A stretch of 63,797 nt of DNA, the filler included, from Octopus bimaculoides (lineage: Eukaryota), in NCBI RefSeq assembly GCF_001194135.2. It is 3 parts of 3 records of this genome, joined end to end, with 100 filler letters (N's around TTAATTAATTAA, not from the genome) between each part and the next. Parts side by side here need not be neighbours in the genome. Positions count along the whole stretch, not along the records: positions 31,702 to 61,553 come from NC_068987.1; 2 more parts are not named here. One strand, 5' to 3'. The notes under the pieces are model-generated. The model saw nothing but the letters and a program-made list of their open reading frames with translations. It did no database searches and was not told the origin of the DNA. The translations under genes were made by a program, and so were the position numbers. Every line of letters starts with the position of its first letter. Position 1 is the first letter of the stretch. Positions 36,282-49,522 of the stretch are shown piece after piece.

Positions 36282-37887
36282 TGTGTGTGTGTGTGTGTGT
36301 GTATGAATAAGGTACACACCCCGCTCGTAATGTATATAAATAGACACAAGAATACTATAGATACACATATAAATGTATGTCAGCGTGTTTCAAAACAAGA
36401 CGTACCTATGTGTAGTGTCACACAAATATATTCATACACACATATGCACATAAACGTACTTCTGTATCTTTATCTATTTCTGTATTCATGTTTATGTTTA
36501 TGTAGGTATAAGTGAATGATTGTATATGTGTGTGTGCGTGTGTCAAACCCTATCGCTAATTACCCTCAAAACTAAACCAAATTTAGCTCATCTTTTCTTA
36601 CGGAAAGAAGAAGAAACTCTCAACAGAACCTCTTTTGTTATTAAATCATTTTAGAGTATGATTCACTTTGACTTCGTTAACATTCTTCGAGATTTCAAAA
36701 TAATTTACGATTCTATTTGAGATGTTCCGTCACTAGTATTCCTGTTTTCTACTCTATCTTTAATCTGATACCGCGTTACGGTGATAAGATCACCGTACTA
36801 AAATAAAATTGAAGAAAACTTTATTACTCAAATTATTTTGCTGTAATGAATTGGTTTAATTTTTTCAACTGTTCCCATTGGCACATGAAAAATTCCTCAT
36901 TCCATTTCGTATCATGATCATTTATCCCTTATATATTTTTCATTCTTTTTTTTTTTATATATTTTTCTTATATTCCCATTTTCTCTTCACAGTTATATTC
37001 TCCACTCAAACTATGCTTTCTACACATTCAGATCGAATCTTCCGTGTAATAACATGTTTCCCCTTGCGACAGTGTTAAATTACATTTAATTAAAATGCAC
37101 TTGGCTTGGAGAGTAATCTGCAGTATACCACTCGCTTTTATATTTACCACTTCCGAACTATCGCTCGCTACGAAACATATGTAGCCCGGATTTTATCTAT
37201 ACCGTTTCTTAAATCTTGTATTTTTATTCGTTTATTCGGCAACCCTGGCTGCCTACTGTGAAATATAAAATAATTCTTTCCAGTTTATTGTACTTCGATA
37301 TGGAAAAAATCCACAACCTTCCGCCCCAATAAACCACTATTGTTCCTGAAAGTTGTTTTCATATAATTTCTACGAGTTACTTGAAGCTCACTTTCTTCCT
37401 ACAACTCGATCTTGGATCTTACATTTATATATATATATATATATATATATACACGAGGAAAAGTATGTGCATGTATNNNNNNNNNNNNNNNNNNNNNNNN
37501 NNNNNNNNNNNNNNNNNNNNNNNNNNNNNNNNNNNNNNNNNNNNNNNNNNNNNNNNNNNNNNNNNNNNNNNNNNNNNNNNNNNNNNNNNNNNNNNNNNNN
37601 NNNNNNNNNNNNNNNNNNNNNNNNNNNNNNNNNNNNNNNNNNNNNNNNNNNNNNNNNNNNNNNNNNNNNNNNNNNNNNNNNNNNNNNNNNNNNNNNNNNN
37701 NNNNNNNNNNNNNNNNNNNNNNNNNNNNNNNNNNNNNNNNNAATATATCATGATGCTAGAAATAGCACTCAAATGTTGACTCTAAAACCAAATCCAGGTA
37801 CTGTATGAATATTTGATGTGGTTTTAGAGTCAAGTTTTGACTGCTATTTCTAGCATAGTGGTATCTTTTAGATATCCTTAATTATAA

Positions 37888-37919
<32 letters not shown>

Positions 37920-39277
37920 CACGAGGAAAAGTATGTGCATGTATGAGTGTGTGTAGTGAGACATACGACAGAACCCGTATGCTTGGTCTATCCAGCGATA
38001 CAGATTGCCATATTGCCTTCAAAGATTCGTATGTAGGATCGTTACCAAATGTGCCAGGCGGAGAAAATGCTCAGTTAAAGTTTAAACAAGCGTCTAACGG
38101 TTTAAATGTCAAGTTTGTGCTACTGAATTCTTACATATGGCCACAAAAATAACTTTTGACCGGTGTAAGTCGTCTAAATATAGAATTAATTTTACAATAA
38201 GCACAAGACCTGAAATATTTGGGTTGGTGTTAGAAACTTTCATCGTCTCAATACTCATCGACTGATACTCATTTCGTTGACCAAGAAAGGATGAGAGGTA
38301 AACTCGACCACGAAAGGATGAGAGGCAAAGTCGACCACGAAAGGATAATAGGCAAAGTTGACCACGATAAGAGGCAAAGTCGACCTAGGCGAAATTTGAA
38401 CTCAGAACGTAAACCCAGACGAAATGTTGTTGAGTATTTTGTCCGGCATCGTAACGATTCAGCCAGCTCGCTGGCTCCCCCACTTCATACTAACTGTAAG
38501 TGCTTCATTTGACATCAATACAGATTTAAGATCACAGCCATCATTCCTACTTAGGAAGTCTGTCTTCATCTTAAATGACGTTTATATTTGCAGTAACATT
38601 GAGTAGCTTGCAAGTTTGTACCTCTATCTTGTTGAACTCTTGCAGTGACCAGTTTTGAAGTTCAAATGTGGACGTGAGTATAGCACTGCAAAGGCGTTGT
38701 TGTCAAAATACTTGCTGTGAGCTAGGAGTTCAGACAACCATATTTTTAAACTGCTGAGTCCTCTCTTTATTAATGGCTCCATAGTAGACATTTTCATCTT
38801 GTCCAAAATACCTATGGACGTTTGATGTGTCTTAGTCTCGTTTACGAAACAATGATAGTGATGTGAGAGATAGAAATCTATAATAGAAATACATTTAATC
38901 AAGATATGATATAAATAAAATAAGGGTCAGGTATGCAAACTGGGCTGCAGCATTAGTTAGACTGGTTTATTCCATACTTTCGTTATAAAGAAACAAAACG
39001 ATGAGATGTAAATATTAATTAATTGGGGGAAAGAAAATCAGGAAGAAGGGGCGAGAAAGAGGAAGAGAGACGTTCATGTAAATGCATAAATACATACACA
39101 CGTGTATGTGTCTTTATAAGCGTATGTATGTATATACGTATGTATATACGTATGTATATACGTATGTATATACGTATGTATATACGTATGTATGTATATA
39201 TATATTCATTCATACATATATACACATATACACATATACATACGTATATACATATATGCATATATATAAGTACATAC

Positions 39278-39345
<68 letters not shown>

Positions 39346-40464
39346 ATACATATATGCATACTAACTGGAGAGACACAGAACTGGAAGATTTAAAGAGAGA
39401 TAATTCCAGCAGAGAGGAAGACTAAAGAGGGACATAGAAGCGTTGTTGTTCTGTATTTATTGGGAAATACACAAAGAGATTATTTAGGTCAACACAATAA
39501 TTTGAAACACACCTGCCAGGTGCGTTATGTTTGATCCAGGATGCCAGAGAAACAATATAAAAACGCTCTGTCTGGATAACTGACACCTAATACTTGCTAA
39601 CATACACGGAAATACATACACACACGCACACACACACACACACATACACACACTCACACATATGTATATATATATATGTATACATGTATGTAAATACGTA
39701 TACGTATATATATATTTCACCACACACCCCAATTTATACATTTACGAATGAACACTGCTACGTATGAACACTAATCCATATAGTTAAAACGAGTAATTGT
39801 ACATGCATAGTTCAGTGTATGTATACATGCACATAGTGGAGTAATCTATAACAACATAAATATAAACGTTTGGTGAGTTTATGAATCTCCCACCATGACT
39901 TTATATATATATATATANNNNNNNNNNNNNNNNNNNNNNNNNNNNNNNNNNNNNNNNNNNNNNNNNNNNNNNNNNNNNNNNNNNNNNNNNNNNNNNNNNN
40001 NNNNNNNNNNNNNNNNNNNNNNNNNNNNNNNNNNNNNNNNNNNNNNNNNNNNNNNNNNNNNNNNNNNNNNNNNNNNNNNNNNNNNNNNNNNNNNNNNNNN
40101 NNNNNNNNNNNNNNNNNNNNNNNNNNNNNNNNNNNNNNNATGCATACATACATGCATATATACATACATACATACACACTGTCTTACACACACACACAAA
40201 CATTCCCAGGTACATACATACATACGTACATACACGCATGCATACATACGTATATATATATTTCACCACACACCCCAATTTATACATTTACGAATGAACA
40301 CTGCTACGTATGAACACTAATCCATATAGTTAAAACGAGTAATTGTACATGCATAGTTCAGTGTATGTATACATGCACATAGTGGAGTAATCTATAACAA
40401 CATAAATATAAACGTTTGGTGAGTTTATGAATCTCCCACCATGACTTTATATATATATATATAT

Positions 40465-41750
40465 GACCTTCGACCCAACCCCCAACCTGACACATCCACA
40501 CTCCTTTGTCTGACCGAACTTGTCCTCTCACTTAACTCCTCGTTCGCGAGTGATTTTTTACCAGCAGTCCTCGAGAGTGGCCATGGGAACGAGAACGGGC
40601 CCCAAATATGCGAACCTGCTCGTTGAGGCCCAAATATTCTCAAGTTTCACTGGTCCCACTCCCGAACTATACGGTCGTTATATTGACGACTGTATCAATG
40701 CAACCTCACTCTCCCGCGAACATCTAAACTCTTTCCTGTCCTTTGTTAAATCTTTCCATCCTACCCTCCACTTCTCCTACATTATTTCCGACACTTCAGT
40801 CGTCTTTCTTGACGTTTCAGTCAGCATTCAGCACTCCACTCTCACCACCTCCATCCACTACAAACACACAAACTCGCACTCATGCTTCAACTTCTCCTCC
40901 TCCCACCCTAAGCACACCAAACTCTCCATCCCCTATTTCCAATTCCTCCGTCTACGTAGGCTCTGCAGTGACGACATATGGCTTCGAGACTCAATCTCAA
41001 CTAATGGCTCTCTACTTCATCCTACGTGGATATCCCCTCACCACTATCCACACCGCCCTTTCCAGAGCACGTTCCGCGGACCATGCATCTGCTCTCTAAC
41101 CCACACCCAACCTCCCGTTCCCCTCACCTGCCGCCCCACCACCCTACCTCTCCAACGCACTATTCTCCGAGCCTTCCGGCGACTCCAGTCCGACCCCTCC
41201 ACTTCGCACATCTNNNNNNNNNNNNNNNNNNNNNNNNNNNNNNNNNNNNNNNNNNNNNNNNNNNNNNNNNNNNNNNNNNNNNNNNNNNNNNNNNNNNNNN
41301 NNNNNNNNNNNNNNNNNNNNNNNNNNNNNNNNNNNNNNNNNNNNNNNNNNNNNNNNNNNNNNNNNNNNNNNNNNNNNNNNNNNNNNNNNNNNNNNNNNNN
41401 NNNNNNNNNNATCGACCCTATCGTATCAGTGAATCCTTCACCTGCACTTCTTGCAATGTCATCTACTGCATCTCCTGGTCTCTCTGTCCTTCTCTATGCA
41501 GCGGTCAAACGAGATGCCGCTTGGCTGGCCGGTTCGCGGAACACCTCCGAGACATCAGACTCGGCAACGACACACCGGTATCGCGCCATTTCCGCTCTAC
41601 TGGTTCATTCTTTACAACACCTGTCTGTGTTCGGATTGTCCTTGCACAGGACTCCCGTCTTCCGGATTCCCGTCTTCGCCGTGAACAGTATTTAATCTTC
41701 TCTCTTCGATTCTTTGCGCCATATGAGCTCAACTCTCCTCCTGTTTGTTT
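40465..41750 (+). mobile_element. Penelope-like element: RT plus GIY-YIG endonuclease, degraded
   Basis: VAMGTRTGPKYANL, RYIDD, VVFLDV, SSSHPKHTKLSIPYFQFLRLRRLCSDD. After the gap: FTCTSCNVIYCI...GQTRCRLAGRFAEH...VSRHF...RREQYLIF. Confidence 0.9.
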
Positions 41751-42060
41751 CCCCCTTATAAAATAAACGGATAAATCAACAGAGTACAGTGTCTGCAAGT
41801 TGATGAGTACCTTATATTCCCCTCCATTTTCTTATTGCTATATAAATTTAGGGTAAAACCCCTTTTACCCGCACCCACTTATTGCACTTGGTAAAACACT
41901 AGTGTAATAATAATTGGGTACCCTACCAGCAGTATATTGGATAGATATTATCCCTTAGTGGGTTGGATTCTCAACCCCTAACTCTCTTGGAGTATATATA
42001 TATATATATGTATGTATACATATATACACACACTCACACACACACACACACACACACACA

Positions 42061-42958
42061 CATGCGTATATGGGTACAGGACGTCACCAACGGTGCAAAT
42101 AACATACACACGAGAGATTTTTACAAGACGTGGACAGTAATTACATGACAAAAACGTGTGAACGCATAAAAAGGACTCTTCATAAGTTGTTGGCTGTCTA
42201 TCTACTCCTCATTTCGAGCATTCAAACGACAATATGAGTCTTCAAGCACAGTAGCTCTCATAAATTCTAAAATGAAAGGATTTATGGAGTGTCAAAGTTG
42301 GGATCAAGAAAAATAACAATCCTTGCTTCCTTCTTCCTCCATCCTTCTCTAATTCCCTTTTCTCTCCTCCCTGCTTCACTGTTTTCTATCTGACGCTCTC
42401 TTTCTTCCCTCTTTCCCTTTAATCTCTCTCTCGTTGCTCACGCGTTACCATCGTCCTTCCTTATTTTCTTCACGTGACCATCTTTCTTTTCTTGTACGGA
42501 CGTCTGAACGACAGGACGTTTTTTATTCTCTCTCTCTCTCTCCTATCTTTTCTCTTTCCAAAATGTTTCTCCCAGCGTTCACTACTCTCTTTTCGTTCCG
42601 GTCTAACAATCCTCCATATCTGTTTTCGTTCGGTTTCCTTGTATGTCTCTACTGTTATATTTTTGTTCCCAACTTTGACCTTCCATAAATGCTAAATCTT
42701 ATTTTAAAACTTATGGGAGCTACTGTCTTTGAAGACTCATATTATCGTTTAAATGCTCGAACTGAGGAGAAGATAGGCAGCTGAAAACTGATGGAACGTC
42801 CCTTTTCCGTGTTAAATTGTCCTGTTTTCCATTTTTTTCTCGTTGTCTACATATTTCACTCGTTTTTGTGCTGTAATTACTGTCCACGTCTTGTATCTAT
42901 CTCTCGTGTGCATGTTATTTGCATCGTTGGTGACGTCCTGTACACATATATGCATGTA
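42061..42958. repeat. Inverted pair of a 250-290-bp repeat around a CT-rich spacer
   Basis: About 42061-42310 is the diverged reverse complement of about 42665-42958. Confidence 0.8.
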
Positions 42959-43289
42959 TATGNNNNNNNNNNNNNNNNNNNNNNNNNNNNNNNNNNNNNN
43001 NNNNNNNNNNNNNNNNNNNNNNNNNNNNNNNNNNNNNNNNNNNNNNNNNNNNNNNNNNNNNNNNNNNNNNNNNNNNNNNNNNNNNNNNNNNNNNNNNNNN
43101 NNNNNNNNNNNNNNNNNNNNNNNNNNNNNNNNNNNNNNNNNNNNNNNNNNNNNNNNNNNNNNNNNNNNNNNNNNNNNNNNNNNNNNNNNNNNNNNNNNNN
43201 NNNNNNNNNNNNATCTTTTACTTGTTTCAGTCATCAGACTGAAGCCGTGCTTGGGCACCGCCTTAATGTGGGCCGTTGGTGATTTTTTA

Positions 43290-44560
43290 CTTCGTATTTG
43301 GAGAATGACCAGTGGAATTTAGAGATTGATCATTAGGTATCGGAGGATGTACAACTTTTGAATTTGTTTTGTTTAAAGTTATTATCCCCAACAATGGTAA
43401 CTGCAAGTTTGGGGGTTGTAGAGTCTGATACCTTAATAATATATTAAATATTTGGCAATATTTGTGGTCCGGGGAAAGTTAGTTTTTAAGGAAGAGAAAC
43501 AAATCTTTAGGTAGATAAATTTTTAACCAAAAAATATGTGAGGGATTATTTCTATCTTTTCTCTTAGTAATAGTGCTGTTGGAAGTGTGGGTAGGTTATT
43601 ACTAATCGAATTTTTAGTTGCCTTAAATCTTGGGAATTTAGACTTAATTAAGTTCGTATAAGATAGTTTTGTGTCTATAGGTGCAAAACCTTTACTCGTT
43701 GATTTATTCACACTTCCACAGAGTGGAATGCTAGTGTCAATTAGAAGCCTTGGGTTCGTCATATAAGCAATATTTTGTTTATAATCACTTCTACTAAGAG
43801 TCTCATTGTAATAACCAGCTATGTTGTAAAAAATTTGCTTATTTGCAGATAACTCAAAGACTCAGATAGACACAATTTTCCTAATTCGATTGATCACTGA
43901 TGTAGGATAATTGGACTCTTAGTGGATATAGTCCAAGATTTCTTTAGGTTTATGGCACGGGTAGTATAAACCTGATGAAATATCTAAGGTTACATCTAGG
44001 AAGTTGACAATTTTGGTATTAGGTTCGAAAGTGAATGACAGATTGTAACTTTTACAGGTATGTTCCGAAGGCAGAAATCCCCGTAGAGTATTACTCTATA
44101 TATAGTGAAGTTGAGTCTTAACGTTGTAGAATAGGTAGACTCCAACGAGATCAGTAATCTGAGCAGAGTCCATGCAGCTTATGGTTATGTCAACATTATT
44201 AAGAAAAGAATTTCGCGTCCAGTAGTTATCCTCAAACCCAATAATGGCACTACACCTTATAGCGATTATAATATCAATATCCTGTGTGGAAATAGCAGTG
44301 ATTTTTCTTGAGAAAATTAAAGCTTTGTTTAAAAGAATCTGTGATATCTAGGAATTATTCCTCGATACTACTGATTCTTTTAAATAAAGCTTTAATTTTC
44401 TCTAGAACAATCACAGTTTCGTATTTTTCAGATTTCGAAACCAGACTAAAATTTCATCTATGTTTGCGATCAGTCCAATTTCACAAAATTCATGATTGGT
44501 AGTATTGTTAATCTAATATTCTTTTAGTCTACTCTAGTTAGCCATAATGATTGTATATCT
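43290..44560 (-). mobile_element. AT-rich Penelope-like RT remnant (different lineage from 40465-41750)
   Basis: Reverse frame KIVNFLDVTLDISSGLYYPCHKPKEILDYIH*ESNYPTSVINRI. Confidence 0.8.
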
Positions 44561-44978
44561 TTTCATTTCTTTTCATTTTATCAACCATCAGGTTTCTGAA
44601 AGAAAGCAAAATTATTTAGCTGGTTTGAAGAAAGAAATATACTGATAACAAAGTACCCACAAAGAAATTTCGCACCCGGTATATACATATGTGTACATCC
44701 ATTTATATATATATTCTTTAATTTGGTTTAGTTACTGAACTGCAACCGTATTAGAGTATCATCTTCGAGCATGTGGTTGATCATATGGGCCTGGTACCAA
44801 ACTTTGGGTCTCATTCATATTTCATCATCTTCGTTGGCCAAGACAGTAAATTTTAAACAGTAAAGTATCTTCTACAGTAAAAGACACTTACCCGAGGTGC
44901 CAATCTGTGGGACTGAACCCGGTAACATGTGGTTTTAGGAAGCAAGCTTTTACCACAGTCACGCCTGCGCCTATATAT

Positions 44979-45012
<34 letters not shown>

Positions 45013-46329
45013 ATCTGTAAAAATATGTGACACTTATTCGGTAGCCATGATAAAACTCCGAGTTTCGGATGCTCGGAGTTTTATCNNNNNNNNNNNNNNN
45101 NNNNNNNNNNNNNNNNNNNNNNNNNNNNNNNNNNNNNNNNNNNNNNNNNNNNNNNNNNNNNNNNNNNNNNNNNNNNNNNNNNNNNNNNNNNNNNNNNNNN
45201 NNNNNNNNNNNNNNNNNNNNNNNNNNNNNNNNNNNNNNNNNNNNNNNNNNNNNNNNNNNNNNNNNNNNNNNNNNNNNNNNNNNNNNNNNNNNNNNNNNNN
45301 NNNNNNNNNNNNNNNNNNNNNNNNNNNNNNNNNNNNNNNNNNNNNNNNNNNNNNNNNNNNNNNNNNNNNNNNNNNNNNNNNNNNNNNNNNNNNNNNNNNN
45401 NNNNNNNNNNNNNNNNNNNNNNNNNNNNNNNNNNNNNNNNNNNNNNNNNNNNNNNNNNNNNNNNNNNNNNNNNNNNNNNNNNNNNNNNNNNNNNNNNNNN
45501 NNNNNNNNNNNNNNNNNNNNNNNNNNNNNNNNNNNNNNNNNNNNNNNNNNNNNNNNNNNNNNNNNNNNNNNNNNNNNNNNNNNNNNNNNNNNNNNNNNNN
45601 NNNNNNNNNNNNNNNNNNNNNNNNNNNNNNNNNNNNNNNNNNNNNNNNNNNNNNNNNNNNNNNNNNNNNNNNNNNNNNNNNNNNNNNNNNNNNNNNNNNN
45701 NNNNNNNNNNNNNNNNNNNNNNNNNNNNNNNNNNNNNNNNNNNNNNNNNNNNNNNNNNNNNNNNNNNNNNNNNNNNNNNNNNNNNNNNNNNNNNNNNNNN
45801 NNNNNNNNNNNNNNNNNNNNNNNNNNNNNNNNNNNNNNNNNNNNNNNNNNNNNNNNNNNNNNNNNNNNNNNNNNNNNNNNNNNNNNNNNNNNNNNNNNNN
45901 NNNNNNNNNNNNNNNNNNNNNNNNNNNNNNNNNNNNNNNNNNNNNNNNNNNNNNNNNNNNNNNNNNNNNNNNNNNNNNNTATATATATGCATATTATCTG
46001 TATCTGTGCGTGTAAATGTACATACAAACACAATTCATTCTCCGTATATGTCCATGTGTATGTGTGTATCTTTGCGTATATACATACATACGTGGATGCA
46101 TACACATATATAGATACAAATACTACTTAATGCAAAGGCTTATTCATTCTATGTATGCAGGTGTTCAGGTGTTCCGAAATCCCGTAAAGAAAAGGATAAG
46201 TAGTTGCACTGAAGTTATACATTCATATTATTTATTAATTGTTATAATGTGAATATTTAATATTTAGTAAACATGCCCTTTGCATTTTTCAATGCAAGGA
46301 CCCTATTAGGCATGTTACTGATCAGATGA

Positions 46330-47420
46330 CGAATATTCTTTTACAAAATTTCTTGTCAAGTTTCATGCAGTAATCTCAAAAGACTTGGATTTAAAGATGC
46401 TTTCTTGCTCTTTTTATGAAGTGTCCTGCCCATTATGTCCCAGAGATGTTCAATAGGATTAATATCTGGTGACGTGCTTGGCCATGGAAGCGTTTTAATT
46501 CCATTCTCATCCAACAAATCTTGGGTCATTTTAGCCCTATGTCAAGGAGCCTCATCTTCCATAAATAAAGAGTCTTCTTTAATCCTTTCACCACTGGCAA
46601 AGATTAGAAGGAGTTCTTTCTGCAATATGGACACATATTTATCTGAGTTTATGTTTCCCTCACACTCCACCGGCTCTTATCAACAATTGCTCCAGATTCC
46701 TCCCCAGACCATCACAGAATAGCTGCCGTTTTTCAATGTTGTCTGCAATCTTTTCACATCAAATGCTTGATCGGAGTCTCCAGACCCACACTCGACTACT
46801 GTCAGGAAATACAGCAAATCTGGGAACATCAGAAAATATGACAGTGTCCCAAAATGCTGGTGGCCTCTCCACCATCTCACTGGACCAATCCTTTCTCCCT
46901 TGATGTTGGCTGGTCGAAGAAGTGGCTTCTTTCTTGCTGCTCTGCCATAGTAACCAAGTTTGTGGAGATGCCTGACAGCTGTTCTGGGACTGACATCAAC
47001 TTGTTCTGCTATGTCAGAGGCCTTGTAACGAGGATTATCCTCCACACTTCTCTTAACAAAGAGAAGGATCCTGTCAGAGGACCGTGGTTGATCTGGGAGA
47101 GGTGATGAATGGCACAATCACTCTATTAACTGTAGAAAGCGGGACCCCAAGGTTTTCTGAGATTTTACGCTATGTCCACCTTCAGAATCATCCACAATAC
47201 GGCCTCTCTGAAATTCAGACAGTTCCAAGTCTTCTTTTGTACATGGCATGACTAAACAATTATATCTAGAACATGAAACACAAAAAATTGTCAATAAAAA
47301 ATATAAACCTTTTATGGAGTGTCTATTTACTTCTGTCATGTCTGTGTATATATATATGTATGCATGTATGTTTTTACTTGCGTGTGCGCGCGCGTAATTT
47401 GAACGCAAAACGTAAAGACG
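46330..47420 (-). mobile_element. Tc1-like transposase remnant
   Basis: ELSEFQRGRIV N-terminus, HTH region VSPRTAVRHLHKLGYYGRAARKKPLL, SVMVWGGIW. Frameshifted. Confidence 0.85.
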
Positions 47421-47543
47421 GACGAAACTTCGCTTTAACATTTTGTCGAGTATGCTAAAGATTCTGCAGCTCCTCGCCTTCATGATAATAATAATGATAG
47501 CAGCAGCAGCAGCAGCAGCAGTTGCAGCAGTAGCAGCAGCAGC

Positions 47544-47589
<46 letters not shown>

Positions 47590-47884
47590 ATAGTTATAGT
47601 AGTAGTAGTATACACTAGCTAGAACAAAACTTCAATGTAAAAATGAAGACGATGGGCAGTGAGTTTTGTAAAATATGGTACAGGCATTGTAGAATGGATG
47701 AAGGTGGTCTTGACCAGCTTATATCGAAGAACAAGAAGGATAATGACCATAAACTAATGATTTCATTTACGTGGTAATGTAGCTAGATTGTACCTACCCT
47801 GTAATGAATGTTGTAGAGGGTTGATAGGTGTGAAGAAATGTGTAAGATCTGAATTGCATTTCATTGCTTGAGTATTTACAGTCA

Positions 47885-48120
47885 TGTCACGAGTGGATGC
47901 TGAAGGAAGCGCTGAATGAGAAGGTACTAGCAGATTGGTTTTCAGAAGAGGTTGTGTGAAGAGAAGATGGAATTATGGAAAGCAAAGCCATTGCACGGTG
48001 TGTTTTCACAAGACACACAGAAACTGGCTTTGTCCGAGTCGTGGAGATGGTTACGGAAAAGGAATCAGTAAAGATTTCCATTTCGTGTACGCAATGGAAT
48101 AAACCAAATACAGCTTGATT
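47885..48120 (+). mobile_element. R4/Dong-like LINE C-terminal remnant
   Basis: ...MELWKAKPLHGVF...SESWRWLRK, matching the WK-x-KPLHG...W-x-WL pattern. Confidence 0.55.
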
Positions 48121-48670
48121 TTCTGTTGGATGCACAACAGAAAAATTAAATTAAAGATTCAATGGGCATAGGTATGACGTCATGAACGATAACAATTTTT
48201 CGGCGGAACGTGCCGGACATTTTACGGCTGCGAATTTGACAGACACGTGAAAGTACACATTCTTAGAAAATATTTTGACACCACTGCACTTTCAGTCCTC
48301 AAAACACATAAGGATAAATATATTTGTGAATTACTAACGGCACGCCCTGGAGTGAGGAATGAACAAAATGACAGAATTCCGTCACATTACGCAAAGATTT
48401 TGGCTAAGTGTTCTCTTTCGTACTTTCTTTTTTCCTATTTCTTGTACATTTCTTTTTTCTTGTTACCAGATATGGAAAAAGTGAAAATTGATGACGCCGT
48501 CTTGTCGAATGAGGAATGCATAATATTCCAGCTCAAATTTTGAATTTCTGTATATCTGCGTATTTTTCGTTTTGAAGCCGAGGAAGAGAGATATACCACC
48601 GTAATATTGCTTTAGTCAATAAACAAGGTCAAACTCTCTACTAAAATTTGTATCACGCGTTTTTTATTGT

Positions 48671-48730
<60 letters not shown>
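48671..48730. repeat. (AAT)n microsatellite, representative of many (TA)n, (CA)n, (GAT)n, (TAG)n, (CAC)n, (TAGA)n and (CATA)n tracts in the window
   Basis: Seen directly. Most N gaps abut such tracts. Confidence 0.95.
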
Positions 48731-48949
48731 GGCACGCGGCCTGAAATTTGGGGAGGGGATAAATCGATTACATTGTCACTGGCAAAATTCCTGAAATTTT
48801 GGAGGAGTGCACCAGTCAGTTAAAGTGGTCAGTGGAAGTTTCACTGTAGCAAAAATGTAGAAAACTAGTAATGAGTGAAAGTGATGACGTTCTCGGGGTA
48901 ACTCCAGACTTAGAAGAGGACTAGGTAGCAGATCTGTTTCGGAAACCTT

Positions 48950-49220
48950 TCGAGCCGGGGCTTATGGATAACATCCAGAAGTCCCTGGGTTGACAGAGCT
49001 ACCGAGGGTCACTACCGGCGCGAGATAAACTCTACAGGTACAGAATTTCGGCCACGCGCGATTGTCCGAGATGAGAGCAAAATGATGAAACCGTACTCTA
49101 CGCGTTCTTGCAGTGTCCGAGTATTGCTGACTTGTAGAGATATGTCGAACAGCTCTCGTCATGTATAGGACGAATCCAGTTATCGTCTCAGTCCATCATG
49201 AGGATTGCTCCACAAACCAC
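48950..49220 (+). mobile_element. L1/Tx1-like ORF2 C-terminal zinc-knuckle remnant
   Basis: DCPR*EQNDETVLYAFLQCPSIADL*RYVEQL, a decayed CxxC...H...C motif. Confidence 0.6.
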
Positions 49221-49487
49221 CTCTAACAATGTTCCTCTCTCTAGTGGCTAAGGCGAAAGAAGTTGTGTAGTAGGCTGAAGGGAATGGTGACAGACACCTT
49301 CATTTTTGTTATGCTCTCATCCAATTTCCACTTGGAAAGAAAATTTGGAATAGAGATGGATGTGCTGTCTTCTAGTGAATTCATTAACAGTTAGGTAACT
49401 GAGGCAAAAACTGCTAGGGTGAACGTAATCGACTTACTCTATCCTCTGAAATTGCTGGCCTTGTGTCAAAATTTGAAACCATCATCG

Positions 49488-49522
<35 letters not shown>

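Noticed and set aside
38649-38676. 28-nt plus micro-exon candidate ending in GTGAGT
   Set aside because: It overlaps a minus-strand segment resembling a decayed R4-like LINE, and has no partner exons.
39700-40464. About 215-bp exact direct duplication on both sides of the 39918-40139 gap; similar short duplicate at about 37449/37919
   Set aside because: Identical copies flanking a gap are most simply an unmerged contig overlap; long reads would be needed to call it real.
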